From assembly GCA_051294905.1 (NCBI GenBank), contig CM119375.1:10788001-10852000 (forward strand): a stretch of 64,000 nt of DNA, given 5' to 3'. Under the pieces are notes generated by a model. The model worked only from the letters and a program-made list of their open reading frames with translations. It made no database searches and had not been told where the DNA came from. Source of the DNA: Botryllus schlosseri (taxonomy: Eukaryota). The position numbers and the translations under genes are program-made. This document shows, piece after piece, positions 24,101 through 37,220 of this stretch (position 1 is its first letter; every line of letters starts with the position of its first letter).

Positions 24101-25501
24101 CCTTCCAGGAAACAAGCTGAGTTGGCAGATCATTACGAAAACAACGCACATGAGTGTAGCGTGCTCTCAGTCATAGCACGACCATATGGTTGCTTCAAAG
24201 GAAAAGGCTATTTTACACAGTAAAGCTAGTTAGTTTTCACCAAACCATGTCCGTTGCGATAAAATATTGGGAAAACAATGTAAAGGAACTCTTAGCATTT
24301 AGAGTGAAGGTGGTATTATATTAGCATTGCTATAGCGTTCTCAGGAGGAATTTGCATTAAGATGAGCACCAATTGTAGCTGTGATTCATCAAAACATTCG
24401 CACGGTTTGTCTGCAACAAGTATGCATACGTAACTAGGAAATGCTTAGACAGTGAGACATTACGACATTTACTATTGCTGCTTCTTTTAAAATAAATAAC
24501 GATTACGTAATGCAGATTACTATATGTCTTACTGAACCATACATACGTTAAGTCTTTTAGCAGATCACCAGGACATCAGCATATAGATTTTAGGAAAGTT
24601 ATTTTCATACCTTTAGTTAACATTACTCAATACTCATACATGTCACTAGCACAGTACAGAACAAAAATCAGTGTGGTAGGTAATTCTTCTTCTGAAATTA
24701 AGACAATGATTAGTAATACTCATAATTTTAGGTTACTCTGGCTCAAACATAAATTTGAATTACAACTACCTCTAGACATGATTACAGTTCAACCAAAACT
24801 GCACTCGACTTCAAGTCTCAAGTCAACCAAAAAGGTAGTTCTGAAGTAACTGAGTAACTCGGCATGCAAAAATTGGGTGACATTTGGTGTTATGGATATA
24901 GGCTACTATTTCTCATTGACAACAAAAAAAGGTGAAATTTCACTAAAGGTAACATACCAACAGGAAAAACACTATCCAATGTGTAACTGTGACAACCATA
25001 GAATTATTTGAGCCTTGGTTTGGCAGCTATAGCATTAGCAGGTTACAATTCACTAGTATTTTATAGATATTGAACTGTTTCCTTGTAACAAACACTTAAC
25101 AATAGCGGTAGTCATTTCAAATTTGTTTCTCCTTGTAAGGCATTGCTGCACACAATTGTACACAGGAAGACATCAACGATCGAGCCTGAATAGGTCTGGG
25201 TAGAATTCTTAGTATTTGAATCTATAGCTGGCAATATATTAGCATTAGGCAGCATAGCGAATAAGGTTGTATTCATCCAGACAGTATAGGACAAGTGGAT
25301 GTATATAATATTGCGAGATAATACAATGGAGATTATTCATACCAGGACCACCTGAATATGAATGGATTTTGCGTTTGGAGCTTCATGCTTGGAGTCATAA
25401 CAACTGGCTGTGTGAATAATTTTTGCATTACTTGTGCAGACCAAAAAAGTAACCGTCCTTTATATTCTTTGTGTATCGCAGAATTTCATTTGTATAACAC
25501 G

Positions 25502-28500
25502 ATGCCTGTGAGTGATCCGTTGTTGAAAAGTTTGAAATACTTAATTGAAGAGTTTTATTCAATTGATGAAGTTGTGACGGATGGAAGTCCTTATTTGGCG
25601 TCATTCTGTCAGACCGTCGAACATGCGATAACAAAAGGAATAAAACTAGGTAAGTATCAACAGTAAAGTGTGTTACTTTCGTTTTAACACCTGATGCAGC
25701 AGCGTCGCTTTGACAGTCCATGTTAGAAATAAAGTTACAAAGTTTTCAATCGAGATAATGTCATTGTCAATGTATTTCTAAAACACCATAGCAAATAGAA
25801 CAAATCAGTAGGGAGCATCCAGCCTGATTGGTAAGTGATCCATGGGCAATTGGGCATGCATACCCAACCGATACGTCAGTTGAGTAGAATAACGGGGCAA
25901 ATTTTCATGCACGGTAGTGAAACTGTATACTATCAGCAAGTACTTGTCCGTAAAGTAAACTCAAGCAAAATACACAATGACCAATCCTTCATGCAGAAAA
26001 AAATTCCGTTCTTATTGATCACTTTGTTGTAGTCAAGCTAAGTCAGGAAGTGAAGACAGTTACGCACGATTCTAATAGAATATTGTCCGGTTGGAACAAA
26101 CGTCTCCGATTCACCGCTGGGATTGAATTCTTATAGCAGAGCATGGCTGCCACTAACACCGTGTAAGGCATCAATCCGCATGAACTGATATAGACACGAG
26201 AACACTTGTTCGTTGACTCGCATAGATTCTAGCTGGGTTGAAGCTGACTTGTACCATGGCGTCAGCGTGGGTATTCGTTGAGTAACATCAGCGTTCAGTT
26301 CGGATCACAACAAAGAGATGAACTAGCCCCACCAAAAATATGTTGACCAATTTTGTATCACCAACATCTTTTTTCGCCAACTTTTAGATGACATTTGAGA
26401 TCCATAAACTTAAATACCTAGGTTAATGTCATTGAATAATTCTCTGAGCGTTTCACTACAATAATGGGAGCTTTTAGATATTGCTTTATTTCATCTGTGG
26501 ACCACATACCCTACGATGGTGAATTCAGCAGCAGTAGGTGCATTTACATGTAAAAGAAAATTATAATTTGCAATAGTACATTTGATACTAGCCACCTGTC
26601 GCCGATCAAAATACATTACTGCCGTCAACAAAACGGTTCATTGTTATATTATATTTCATCACCGGAAAATAATACGATACTCGTGAATTACATTATCACA
26701 TTATTCAAATTAGATTTGCGAATATCTCGAGCTTTGATGGTGCACAGTGCACACTTCCCAGCGCATTTTTACTAATAACTCGCTGGCTTTTAAGGATCTT
26801 GGGACCATTTCAAGTCGGATGGACAAAGTATAAGACGGAAACAATTTTGGACAATTCTCGAATATTTTCACGCCAGCCAAACGTTACCACTCGCTATTTC
26901 AACCGCTGTACGCGCTGCGCAGAATAATAAGAGGTAGACAATCCATTTAGGTACATAACTAAAGGCAAGGTTACCCGAGGGGCCACTTCGGGCAATGTAA
27001 TGTACCCAACTCTACGATGACAGCATGACAAATCTGTGTTGATAGTTGAAAATCAGTATCACATCTCGCACTCAGGGGTGTGCATTGCACTGTGCAACTT
27101 AGACTTACCCTCATAGAATAAAATCGTGAATCTCTTAAAGTGCTCATTTTGAATGGTGTGTGGCAGGCGACATGGTTTTCCAAATCACCTTATAGTATGG
27201 TACGTTTAAGTCAAGCTAAATTGTCCAAAAAAGGGACAAAATGCTATCATTACTAAGATATGGTTATGCTGACCTTGCACGAATATTTTTTTAGCCAAAA
27301 TTATTCAAGGACCTCAATACAATTTCTCGTAGTCTTAAATCGAATTTAATCGATCAATCTCGCTACCTCCATTACCAATTTTTAATGAAGTGATCGGCCC
27401 CGCAACAGCTAGAAAGCTTAAGTGCTGCTAGCGGGTGCACTGCATTATTTCTATCTGACCGTCCACACGTTATTGAAGATACAAAACTCCCAATCGAAAG
27501 CTGCCGTATTGTGATGGCATTATATGAGCAATGAATATTATGCGAATTTTCAGTCGGTGGGTATAATTGACATCTTTCCACAGCCTGAAACACAATGATG
27601 GGCGTCTGCGGTATTTCATTCGTCAATGTCTGATAAGAAGGACGTTACACGTGGTGGTCGAATTCCTCAGAACCCGCAAAGAGGAGCTTGAAAGCAGCTG
27701 GTACGACTCGAACGAAGGAAATCAGGAGCAACACAATGCAGCCACAATAATAACACATGAAGTTCTAGCCGAGCAATTAAGGTGAGTGGGCCTGCTGGTA
27801 GGCTATATAAAGTACTTCATGACCACATGGTAAGTTAAGTAAGTATAGTTCTTGCATTGTCCGAAAGTCGAGAAATGACATAAAGCGCTGTAGGCCAAAA
27901 TTGTAGAATCTCAAAAAGACGAGATATTCACGATATTGAACTGTGTTTTTTAGGTCCCTATTGCTGACCGTGTCTACCTCCATCACGTTTGAAATCAACT
28001 TGGAAAACTTTTACTTCCTCGACCACACGTGGAATATCCCGGATATGAGAACGGTGGAATTCGTGCCGACGCAATATCTCGGAATAGGGATGCTGTATAT
28101 TGACGGTAAGTCGAGACCACGGCAGTGTACAATTTCCGAAGCGAACTAAATTACCGCTCGACACAAATTATTGCATCATATATCGTTATCAACTACCCCT
28201 AATGCCGTCATTACTGCAATCGCCCATTTTAACACTGGGCGGGAGTGATTAAATCAAGTGGTTTCCAACCTTTTATGGTCACTAGGGCTCTTCAAAAATG
28301 ACTTTTTTTCTCAAATCGCACTGGCTACTTGATAAAATTGTTAGGTTACTTAATTTAAGCCTACACACAAAATTTGGTTCAATTCCAGCCAGTAACCGCG
28401 TTGCTACAGGAGAAGAAAGTTTCTATTTATTATATAAAAATAAACAATAAAAAATTTGAAAATTTTCTGTTCACCCCATGAAGGTGTTCGGTTGTCTATA

Positions 28501-30613
28501 GAAACGAACCTCGCCGAATTTGGTTCAATTTCAACCAGTGGAAGCGGAGTTATTGCCGTCGAAAAATTTTGATTTGAATAAAATAGTATTTACAGTGAGC
28601 ACAACTATAATAAATAAACCAAGATTCGGTCACCGTAAATACTATTTTATTCAAATCAAAATTTTTCGACGGCAATAACCCCGCTTCCACTGGTTGGAAT
28701 TGAACCAAATTTGGTGAGCATCGTTTCTATAGACAGCCTAACACTTTCATGGGGTGAACAGAAAATTTTCAAATTTTTTTTATTTATTTTTAAATAATAA
28801 ATAGAAACTTTCTTCTCCTGTAGCAAAGCGGTTACTGGCTGGAATTGAACCAAATTTTGTGTGTAGGCTTAAATTAGGTAACCTAACAATTTTATCAAGT
28901 AGCCAGAACGATTTGAGAAAAAAAGTCATTTTTGAAAGGCCCTAATGGTCACGTACCAATTCCCAATTTACAAATGTCAGGTCAGCACCATGGTCACAAG
29001 TCAATATCACTCTTACAGTTTTGATTTGAGTCAAGTCGAGTCATTTTCAAGTCACCACCGAGTCAAGTCCGAGTTCAAGTCAGCAAGCAGAGGATCGAGT
29101 CCGAGTCATGGTATAATGACTCGAGTCCGAGTCCACGTCATTGTGTTGACTGCTCAGTTTCCAATCAAATTCTTGTGAAACCCCCTTTTTATAACTCTGT
29201 TTGGTGATATCGAATGGTTCGCATTTCTTATAGAATAATTTTCCTCACTTTTGGCAGTTTCTGATCGCATTTTCCAGTACCAGTACCAACAGACAAAATC
29301 CCAACAGTATGGCTACGTTACTATTCTTCGAAATTACAATGAAATGTCAGAGTCTCAAGTCATGCGCAATGACTCGAGTTCAAGTTGAGTCAATACACAG
29401 ATTGACTCGAGTCATCAGAAAATCATGACTCGAGGTGAATCATGACTTGAGTCATTACAACCCTGGTCGGCACCCCCCCTCCCCCAGACCTACTTACGGC
29501 CTATTTTAGAAGCCGATTTCAGACTCGCAGGTAGAAAATTACTGGTATAGACAAAATGTTTTAGCGTTACTCCCTAAAAAGCAATATACTTACTGCTACA
29601 ACATTAACTTGATTGTACGACAGCTAGGACCACACATTCAGGGCCAGTAGTATGATCAAACTTTTGTGAAATCCTTGTGTACAAATTTGATTTCAGGATA
29701 CGGAATCATCACAAAACTACGAGCTGGAAGCGTAGCCGCAGACCAAAAAGATCTCGGAATAGGCGACCTTCTCGTGACGATGAACGAATACATGCTGTTC
29801 CCGGCAAAGAAATCCGGTGACAACGAAATCGTGTCGATATGGAAGAAATGCCGCAAGAAAGACAATCCGTGCAGGTTGACCGTGATAAAACCACGGTGCC
29901 CCGCAACGAGAGGAATATTTCCGCCGTTGAGAAGGGTGCTGTCCGAATATCAAGACGTAATGGACGAGTATTACAACACGCAAAAGGAGAGAATCGAAGA
30001 GAAACTGCGTGAGGCGGAGGAACGTAAAGCTACGTCTCTCGCGCCAGAAGCCAACAAAGCAGGAACGATGTCAGTGGCGGAGAGCAATTCGGGATGTGGC
30101 CGCCATTCGGTGACATACATCGGCAAGGTGTTTGTGGGAGAACAGGGCGGAATGGGCGAAATCGAACATGTAATCAAATCAGCTTTGGTGGAGCATTCCG
30201 CAAAAGCACCCGTAGAAGTAATATTGGAAATAACTGAAATCGGAGTGTTGATCAAAACTAAAGAGCCAACAGAGAGTAAACCGCTAAGGGCAGGAAAGAA
30301 AGATAACGTCCAAAGCCTGCTGGGAGCGTCGTTCGACTTACTAGCCGACGATGACATTGACAAAGTAACGCTTCCAGTGTACAGCGAAGAGGACGCCTCC
30401 GACATTGTTTTCAATCACAAATTCGCAGACATATCCAGCTGCGGAAAGATCGTACGAGACGAAAAGCACTTTTGCTACATCGCCGGCGACACTTTCTGCA
30501 CGATATCGAAGCAGTTCCACGGCTACGTGTTTACCGCGAGGTCGCTGGGTCAGGCGAAACTGATTTTGAATAGCATTTATCAGGGCTTCAAGAGGACAAC
30601 GTTTTTCATGTGA
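25502..30613 (+). CDS. RUN-PDZ-PTB(PID) domain adaptor protein
   Basis: Exons 25502-25649 (MPVSDPLLKSLK..FCQTVEHAITKGIK, RUN helix), 27584-27781 (DGRLRYFIRQCL, RUN core), 27954-28105 (FLDHTW..FVPTQYLGIG), 29697-30613 (PDZ GIITKLRAGSVA..GDLLVTMN; PTB VTYIGKV..DISSCGK..FCYIAG..GYVF). One small exon between 25649 and 27584 is required by phase but was not identified. Confidence 0.8.
28283..28944. mobile_element. Palindromic hAT MITE family A, copy 2
   Basis: Perfect TSD atggtcac; inserted in the left end of a Charlie-like remnant (aagtggtttccaacc). Confidence 0.92.
28978..29465. mobile_element. hAT-like remnant with GACTCGAGTC/CAAGTC subterminal repeats
   Basis: Repeated gagtcaagtc/gactcgagtc units; right terminus attacaaccctg; left end and TSD unclear. 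Related pieces near 46030-46100 and 50105-50200. Confidence 0.5.
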
Positions 30614-31438
30614 GCGTGCAGAGCACAGTGTTTTATCATGCCGCAAATTTGAATTCTATTAATACAAAACTCGCGAGAAAACTTTTCTACTGCCGACAAC
30701 TGTGCGATATTATCATGGCGGAAGTACGTTAATGAATTCTATTTCAAGAACAATCCATACATTAGATGTTTGCAAACAGAAAATTTAATGCACTTTCCAG
30801 TTTATTTTTATGGTCACGGACCACGGCAATGAATTTTGTACTTAATTCACCTTGCTTTTAAAGGATATGGTATTTCACATGTAGGGTGTAACGCTAGTTC
30901 ACAGTCGGGTGCCTGCATATATCTTTACGATGCAAGAAGCAAAGTCAGTTTCAGTTTCACACAGGATACCTCAGGCCATCGTTTAAAAATCCAAGCACAA
31001 TTCAAGGTATGGCCTTTACGATATAATGTCACGTGATGTGATGTCACCCAATATCTTAAACAAAAGATTACGCTAAGAATGGAAATCCATCCAGTATCAT
31101 CCCACAGCTGCGACTGGGTAACTTACGCGTTCTCAATAAAACGCATATGTTGAGGTGGAAAAATTGAGAACCACAGCATGAAACATTATTACTCCAAATC
31201 TATCTCTATAGAAGGCAGTATAAGGTCCAATGTCTCGCAAAACAGCGTTTAAGAAGCACTTATAGAAGACATCGGGCATCAAGATATGAATTCAAAAATG
31301 TACTCACCCCCAGGAATAAAACAGACTGCACCAACAACGAAGAAAATGTAAATAGCGCTCACTGAAAACAAAAGTGTTTCATCTCATAACTCTTTTAAAG
31401 GAACTGGCCTATACATGGACTTGGTAAAAGTAACCTAA

Positions 31439-31838
31439 GACTCTTTTTCTCAAATTGTAAAATTTGGATTTGAATAGAAAAGTAGTTACGGTGGGCAGAA
31501 ATATAATAAATAATTAAAGAATTGACCACCGTAAATACTATTTTGTTTAATTATAAATTTTTCGACAGCAATAACTCTGCTTCCACTGGTTAGAATTGAG
31601 TCAAATTCGGGGAACATCGTTTCTATATACAACCCAACACTTTGATGGGGTGAACAGAAAATTTTGAACATTTTTTTATTAATTTTTATAAGAAGTGGAA
31701 ACTTTCTTCTCCTGCAGCAATCCGGCCACTAGTTGGAATTAAACCAAATTTGGTGTGTAGGCTTAAATTAGGTAACCTAACAATTTTGTCAAGTAGCCAG
31801 TACAAATTGAGAAAAAAAGTCATTTTTGAACACCCCTA
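31439..31838. mobile_element. Family A MITE (TAGGGGTG subtype), left arm deleted
   Basis: Right arm and terminus gtcatttttgaacacccctA followed by atgaacag; left side jumps from gactctttttctcaaatt to the central palindrome. Confidence 0.85.
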
Positions 31839-34800
31839 ATGAACAGTTTTAAAATTGTCAGACTGGATATGACGAAGGAAAGCATATTGCGTCGCTTCAG
31901 GAATTCAAAGGGAGGTCGGGCTCCTATAAAGTCGTGATAGGTAAGTAACACGCAATGACCACCAACGTATATAAATTTTAGATGTCTGGCGAATTAAAGA
32001 AGGTAGGATGCATGTTGACGGCCTGTTGGAAAAGTAGCAATCATGCCTAGAGATGATGCGTATATTTTTACTCATGGATGTAATATTGGGATTCAGCAGT
32101 TAGGAAATCTGGGAGAACTTCGATTTTTAGAAAGAAAAAGTCTGAAATACCGTACCGTATTCATAAAACACCCCAGGCAGTTTTACAAAACCCTGGTGTA
32201 ACCCAGGGGTTTCCAACATTTTTATTACGCTGTCGCCCCCCTTTGAAAACTTTCAAAATTCAATAACCCACCTTTTTTCCAACTTTTTTTTCAAAACTCA
32301 ACCCTCTAACCCGTAGGGGCTACGGGCCCATAGGTTGGGAATATCAGTGAATATTGAAATTAAAATATCAGTCAACAAACAAGACAAAACGGACCTGTTT
32401 CAAGTGTGGGGAAGGGGTAATAAACTTTCAATTCGAAAAATGTCTGTCAGATTTTTAGAAAAATCACTTTCACCATTTCATTTGTTGTAGGATATGTGCA
32501 ATTGTGCATGTAATGATGGCGACACATCACATATGATCATTATGAACTGCTCATTACCAAGGGCTATCAGTTTAAATTCGACTTACATTCAACTTTAGTA
32601 GCTTCTAAGATGATACCGGTAATACAAAGGCCTGCAGAAAACAAATACAAAATGTTATTCACCATACATAACTTACCATGAAGCACGAGTGTGGCGAGAT
32701 TATCAACACCATTACAAAACCCAATGGAGAGTCATGTGGTGGCCCGGACAACCAGTACACTGCTATAGACCAGTGACTTTCAAAGAGCGGGGTACTTTTC
32801 ATACAGCAAGGATTGCCCAGCGACAAGAATCAGAGCACTGATATTCTGGGTGCTCAGAAAATTACTCTACCGATTCAATCCCACAAAAACACGTCATTCA
32901 TATAGACTACAATGGAAGCTTTGGTGTGACAGAATGGAAATACAATATAGTAGCCTACCAAGTTTTGTCAAAAGTGATTCGAACTTTATCTGCGCTACTA
33001 ATAAATCTATAAATTGCCACCTATGAAACAGTGTAGGCTACTATTTTCATCACAATAGATTGTCATGACGAAGCCACAAAAAAGGCATTCAATGCACTAT
33101 GACAGTATTTCGATCAAAGTTTACAACACAACCAGGTGATCGTACATATTTTAGTATATTGAATGTAATATCACAAAATTTAAAAGAGATTGTGGAAAAG
33201 AGATTATATTTCATATACTTGGATATTGGATTGTTATCCATGTGTCCCAAAGTAAGTCACTTCCAGCATAATAAATTTGTACGAAGAACTGGAGGTATGA
33301 AACCAGAATTACACCCTTCACTGACCAGCTACATGCTACTGGGTATTGATGTGTCAACAACAGGAGTCTGTGTTTCCCAATCATTATACGGGCAACATTT
33401 CAAACTAGGAAGAAAGATCACTCCACATAATCCAGTTAACCTAAATCACGACACCTGATAAGCAACATTGTGATAACACAGAGAGAAGTGTTCACAAAAA
33501 TTGAATATCACAACCGACCACAAAGAAGATAAGTTTGAGAGGCTTCTTGTCAATAATAGCCCTGAATAATAGAGTGAAATGGATACAGAAAACATATTTG
33601 CCTGTCTTAGCTTCAGATTGGGTGATATTCTGTCTCAGATGATGAAATTACGATAGATAGATACCATTGATATTTACAAGTATTACCAACTAATGAATTA
33701 CAGCAATTTAAAACATAATCTCCCAAATTCAAAGGTACCTATAATTATAATGGTAGAATTCATGCTATTTATCAAGGCCACAAAAAGTCCAATATACATA
33801 CTAGCATGCATATTAAAGATGAAAGATTTTACACGAAAACATGAGGTATATCTTACCTAATCCGATGAAAAATAATATAAAAGACATAACAACAACTTTC
33901 CAGTGCTCTCGAACTTTCGGATGTTGGTACCATCTAGAATGCATTTCAAGATTTCAGATGTTAACCACAAAAAGTGAAGTTCCACGTGGATAGGCAATGC
34001 AATAGGCCTACTGAATGAACATAAAATTTGTCGGTCATAGTTGAGGAACCCCAATTACTAGAAATTATCAAATATAACAAAAAATTACCTCAACATAGAT
34101 GGGGCTGAAGATGCGTTACTTGTATCTAAAGACCAATTGCTCCCAGAGTCCTTCATTCTAGAAAACAATACAATAGACATCGTTTATGAACAATGAAATA
34201 GAGTAATATCACATTAATATGGTGTGACACTGTGACAGCCATAGTACCACTGCTAGTGTCGCAGACCAGAGATTGCAGATTCAATTCCAGCTGGCTGCCC
34301 CCAAAACTGACAAGCATCAACACGTATCGATGCCAAGCCAAAGTGAAATAGACAGGGTTACGGCAGGAACGGCAGTCCATATAAAACTTCAGTCAAATCA
34401 TGATGTGGATCAGACATGTAGGCCTAGTGATTACTACATCAATGTATTCACTTAGAATTGAGATTACTTTGGTTATTAGAAATAAGCTGTGAATATGTAT
34501 AGTTAATGATAGTCGAGTGCTGATTGGAGGCATAATAGACCATTTTTACGATTTGTCATGAGTGAATTTCTATGTATAGACTTTGTTCATTATTCAAAAT
34601 CTTGAATGAGCAATTAGTAACAAGCAATGCACGTGATGGACATGCTATTATGTCATTGCACATACCATCTCGCAGTCTACACTACTGAACACTAGACAAC
34701 CCCCGTGACATGAAACAGAAAAGCAATTAAGTTTCTATTAATAGCTTCCATTATCAGTGTGCATGAAATTTCTAAACGTTAACCACAACAGACATATGTT

Positions 34801-35516
34801 ACGCTAGATGAGCGAAAATACCATGGGTCAGGCTCTATGGGCCTGAAGTATCACTATATATTACATACATGATCATTTCTGTAACACTAAAAGATCACAA
34901 GACAAATGCGTCTACTAAACACCTTCGCAAAGGAAACGCAATCGTTTTTCCAGTCCTGACGAGAGCACAAAAATTTCAATCATAGATGGATCCTGACGTT
35001 AAATAGGATCACACCAATCTGCACATTTAGGCTACACTTCTCCAATGAGTTAATCACTCAGTCAAAAGTGTGAAGTAGTTGTTAGATCAAACAGGGCCGT
35101 CAGATATTTTTAGATGTTAAAAATCATGGATCAAGTGTGTGAGTGCTAACATGTAATCGTGTCAAATCAACTTTTCCACTCAAAATGAACAGTCAGCAAT
35201 ACCATATTTTTTTAAATTAAATAATAATAATCCTACGAAATTTGATGTAAGCCTAGTGTTAAGATAAACTTTTGCAAATTATTGTTGGCTTATTCACCAA
35301 ACAACAATGTCATAACATGTGATTCAACTCACTGTATTCTGACGTTACCAACGTGATTTTCTTCATTGTCTTCGTTCTGTGAATAAGTAGAGCACGGTAT
35401 GGGAGCAATCCATTAGGAATGAAAAATATAACTTCTGACGTCAGAAAATTTCAGAAATAGGGGGAACGTATAAATTAGAAGTCTATAGCCTACATTATTA
35501 CTCACCACCAGGCCTA

Positions 35517-36764
35517 CCGTAACACGGGGTGACTTTGTACCACTTTTCACGCTCAATGCTAAATTATTTTATGATATGTCATGATGTTCTGCCTTTTGCT
35601 ATTCTGTTATATGCGGATGGGCTACAGCTATGGAGTAAGCATGAAAAAAAATATTGTTTTCTAGTTTTTGATCATTTTTTCAAAATTTTTCTGTGGTGGT
35701 CAAAGTTAGGCCTACCCATCGATGGGGTGACTTCAGCCGAGCACCATTTTTTGCAATACTACGACAGAGGAGTCATACATGCCAATCAGACAAGCTGAGA
35801 TGTTGAATTTGGTCCCCTATGGTCTTTTAAAAACAAAATATCAATCCAGTAGTGACACACTGCTACACTATGAAGCTGGTTGGTTAGAAGGTGGAAATAT
35901 TCCTGGGTATCATCGGTTGTCCCATCTGCAAGTAATTATTGTACACAACCTTTGTGTTAATGACTCAATGCTTATCAGAAATTCCTTGACCCAGTTTGAT
36001 ATGAACAGTTTTGATTGAATTTTTCAACTGTCATAGTAGTCATGTCATGTAATCGATTAGGTTTTGTGACAATATTTGTAAGAAATCACTCGTTAGCAAT
36101 AGAAAGCCCAAAATTTGTTCACGCTACGCAGTGGTCAGCTTATTTCATCCCCAAATCTAGTGATGAAGCAGGCTAGCATTATGGTGACTTCAGATGCTTC
36201 ACAGGTTGTAGCCGATCTTATGAGCAGTCTAAACAGCCCGTGGCATCAAGTTTTATTTTATATTTCCTTGGCTTTCTTCCTTACTTTTGATGATACTGAT
36301 ACTACGACTAATCTAAAAATACTCATGTTAGCTGACTGTAAATAGATGGTCAAAGTCACCCCAGAAATTTTTCAAAAATGAAAAAATTTATCAGCCGAAG
36401 TATTTTGTGTATTTTGAAAAAATGAACTATAATTTCGAACAGGAAAACCAATAAATGCTGTCACGTGCACAGCCTTTGTCGGCAAATGAAAGGAAACCGC
36501 CTCAAATGCTTTCTTTGTATGAACACCCAACAAAAGTTACAGCATATAAAATTTGGGATGGAATTTTTTACCTCACCTGTCACTATACAAAGGTGTTCCA
36601 GTCAGTTAAAATGTTGCCATTAAAGCATTCTTTTGATGCAGACCATCATAAACAACAGCTCAAAATATTCGTATAGTGATATCTTGCTCGATGTCGGCAA
36701 TAGAAACGAATATTGGTTTTTGGTCAAAGTCACCAGACAGTTTCAAAGTCACCCCGTGTTACAT
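35517..36764. mobile_element. TA-targeting (pogo/Tigger-like) non-autonomous element, 1.25 kb
   Basis: TIR CCGTAACACGGGGTGACTTTG / CAAAGTCACCCCGTGTTAC, TA flanks, internal repeats of the GGTGACTT motif (35724, 36183, 36352, 36725). Confidence 0.8.
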
Positions 36765-37123
36765 TAACTACAAAAAAAAATACCGTAACAATTTTCCTTG
36801 ATTTTGTGATGAAAATCAGGGGACATAGTGCTTGAACATCACTATTTGGATAGTTTTATGCATATTTCAGAACATAGTTTGGATTTCGATATGAAATGAA
36901 CCCGGAGCTCAGCCCCTTGCAAAACAGGAAACAACATAAAACAAAGCGGAAAGATAAACCAACGCTTACCCAAACGATGATGTCATCTTTTTGTGGCATT
37001 TTACCCCATTAGTTTAAAAGGCACGGACAAAAAGCAACCGGACAAAAGGCAAGAACCGCATTCTCCATTCAGGGGACAGTAATATTTAATATACAATTAA
37101 ATAGTATATTCATATTGAAATGA

Positions 37124-37157
37124 ACCCGAATATTTTCGGCTGACACTCGTCAGGGGT
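37124..37157 (-). ncRNA. Minimal type-I hammerhead ribozyme (- strand copy, identical sequence)
   Basis: Exact reverse complement of 37187-37220. Confidence 0.75.
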
Positions 37158-37186
37158 AATCATCAGCAACTAGTAGAGTGACGATT

Positions 37187-37220
37187 ACCCCTGACGAGTG
37201 TCAGCCGAAAATATTCGGGT
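37187..37220 (+). ncRNA. Minimal type-I hammerhead ribozyme (+ strand copy)
   Basis: ACCC-CUGACGA-G(UGUCAGC)C-GAAA-AUAUU-C-GGGU: conserved core CUGANGA and GAAA, stem I ACCC/GGGU, one-pair stem II, palindromic stem III AAUAUU, UUC cleavage triplet (cut predicted after 37216). Confidence 0.75.

Noticed and set aside
29971-30414. Minus-strand ORFs of 147 aa and 132 aa (also 15283-15681)
   Set aside because: Antisense shadows of real coding exons (PTB exon; last DYRK exon).
31862-31940. Plus-strand orphan exon (TGYDEGKHIASLQEF..|GTAAGT)
   Set aside because: No compatible neighbouring exons found; it overlaps the minus-strand transporter-like remnant.
32676-32780. Selenocysteine read-through at an in-frame TGA (TT*LSIGFCNG)
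   Set aside because: No SECIS recognised and no selenoprotein motif. A frameshift in a decayed exon explains it equally well.
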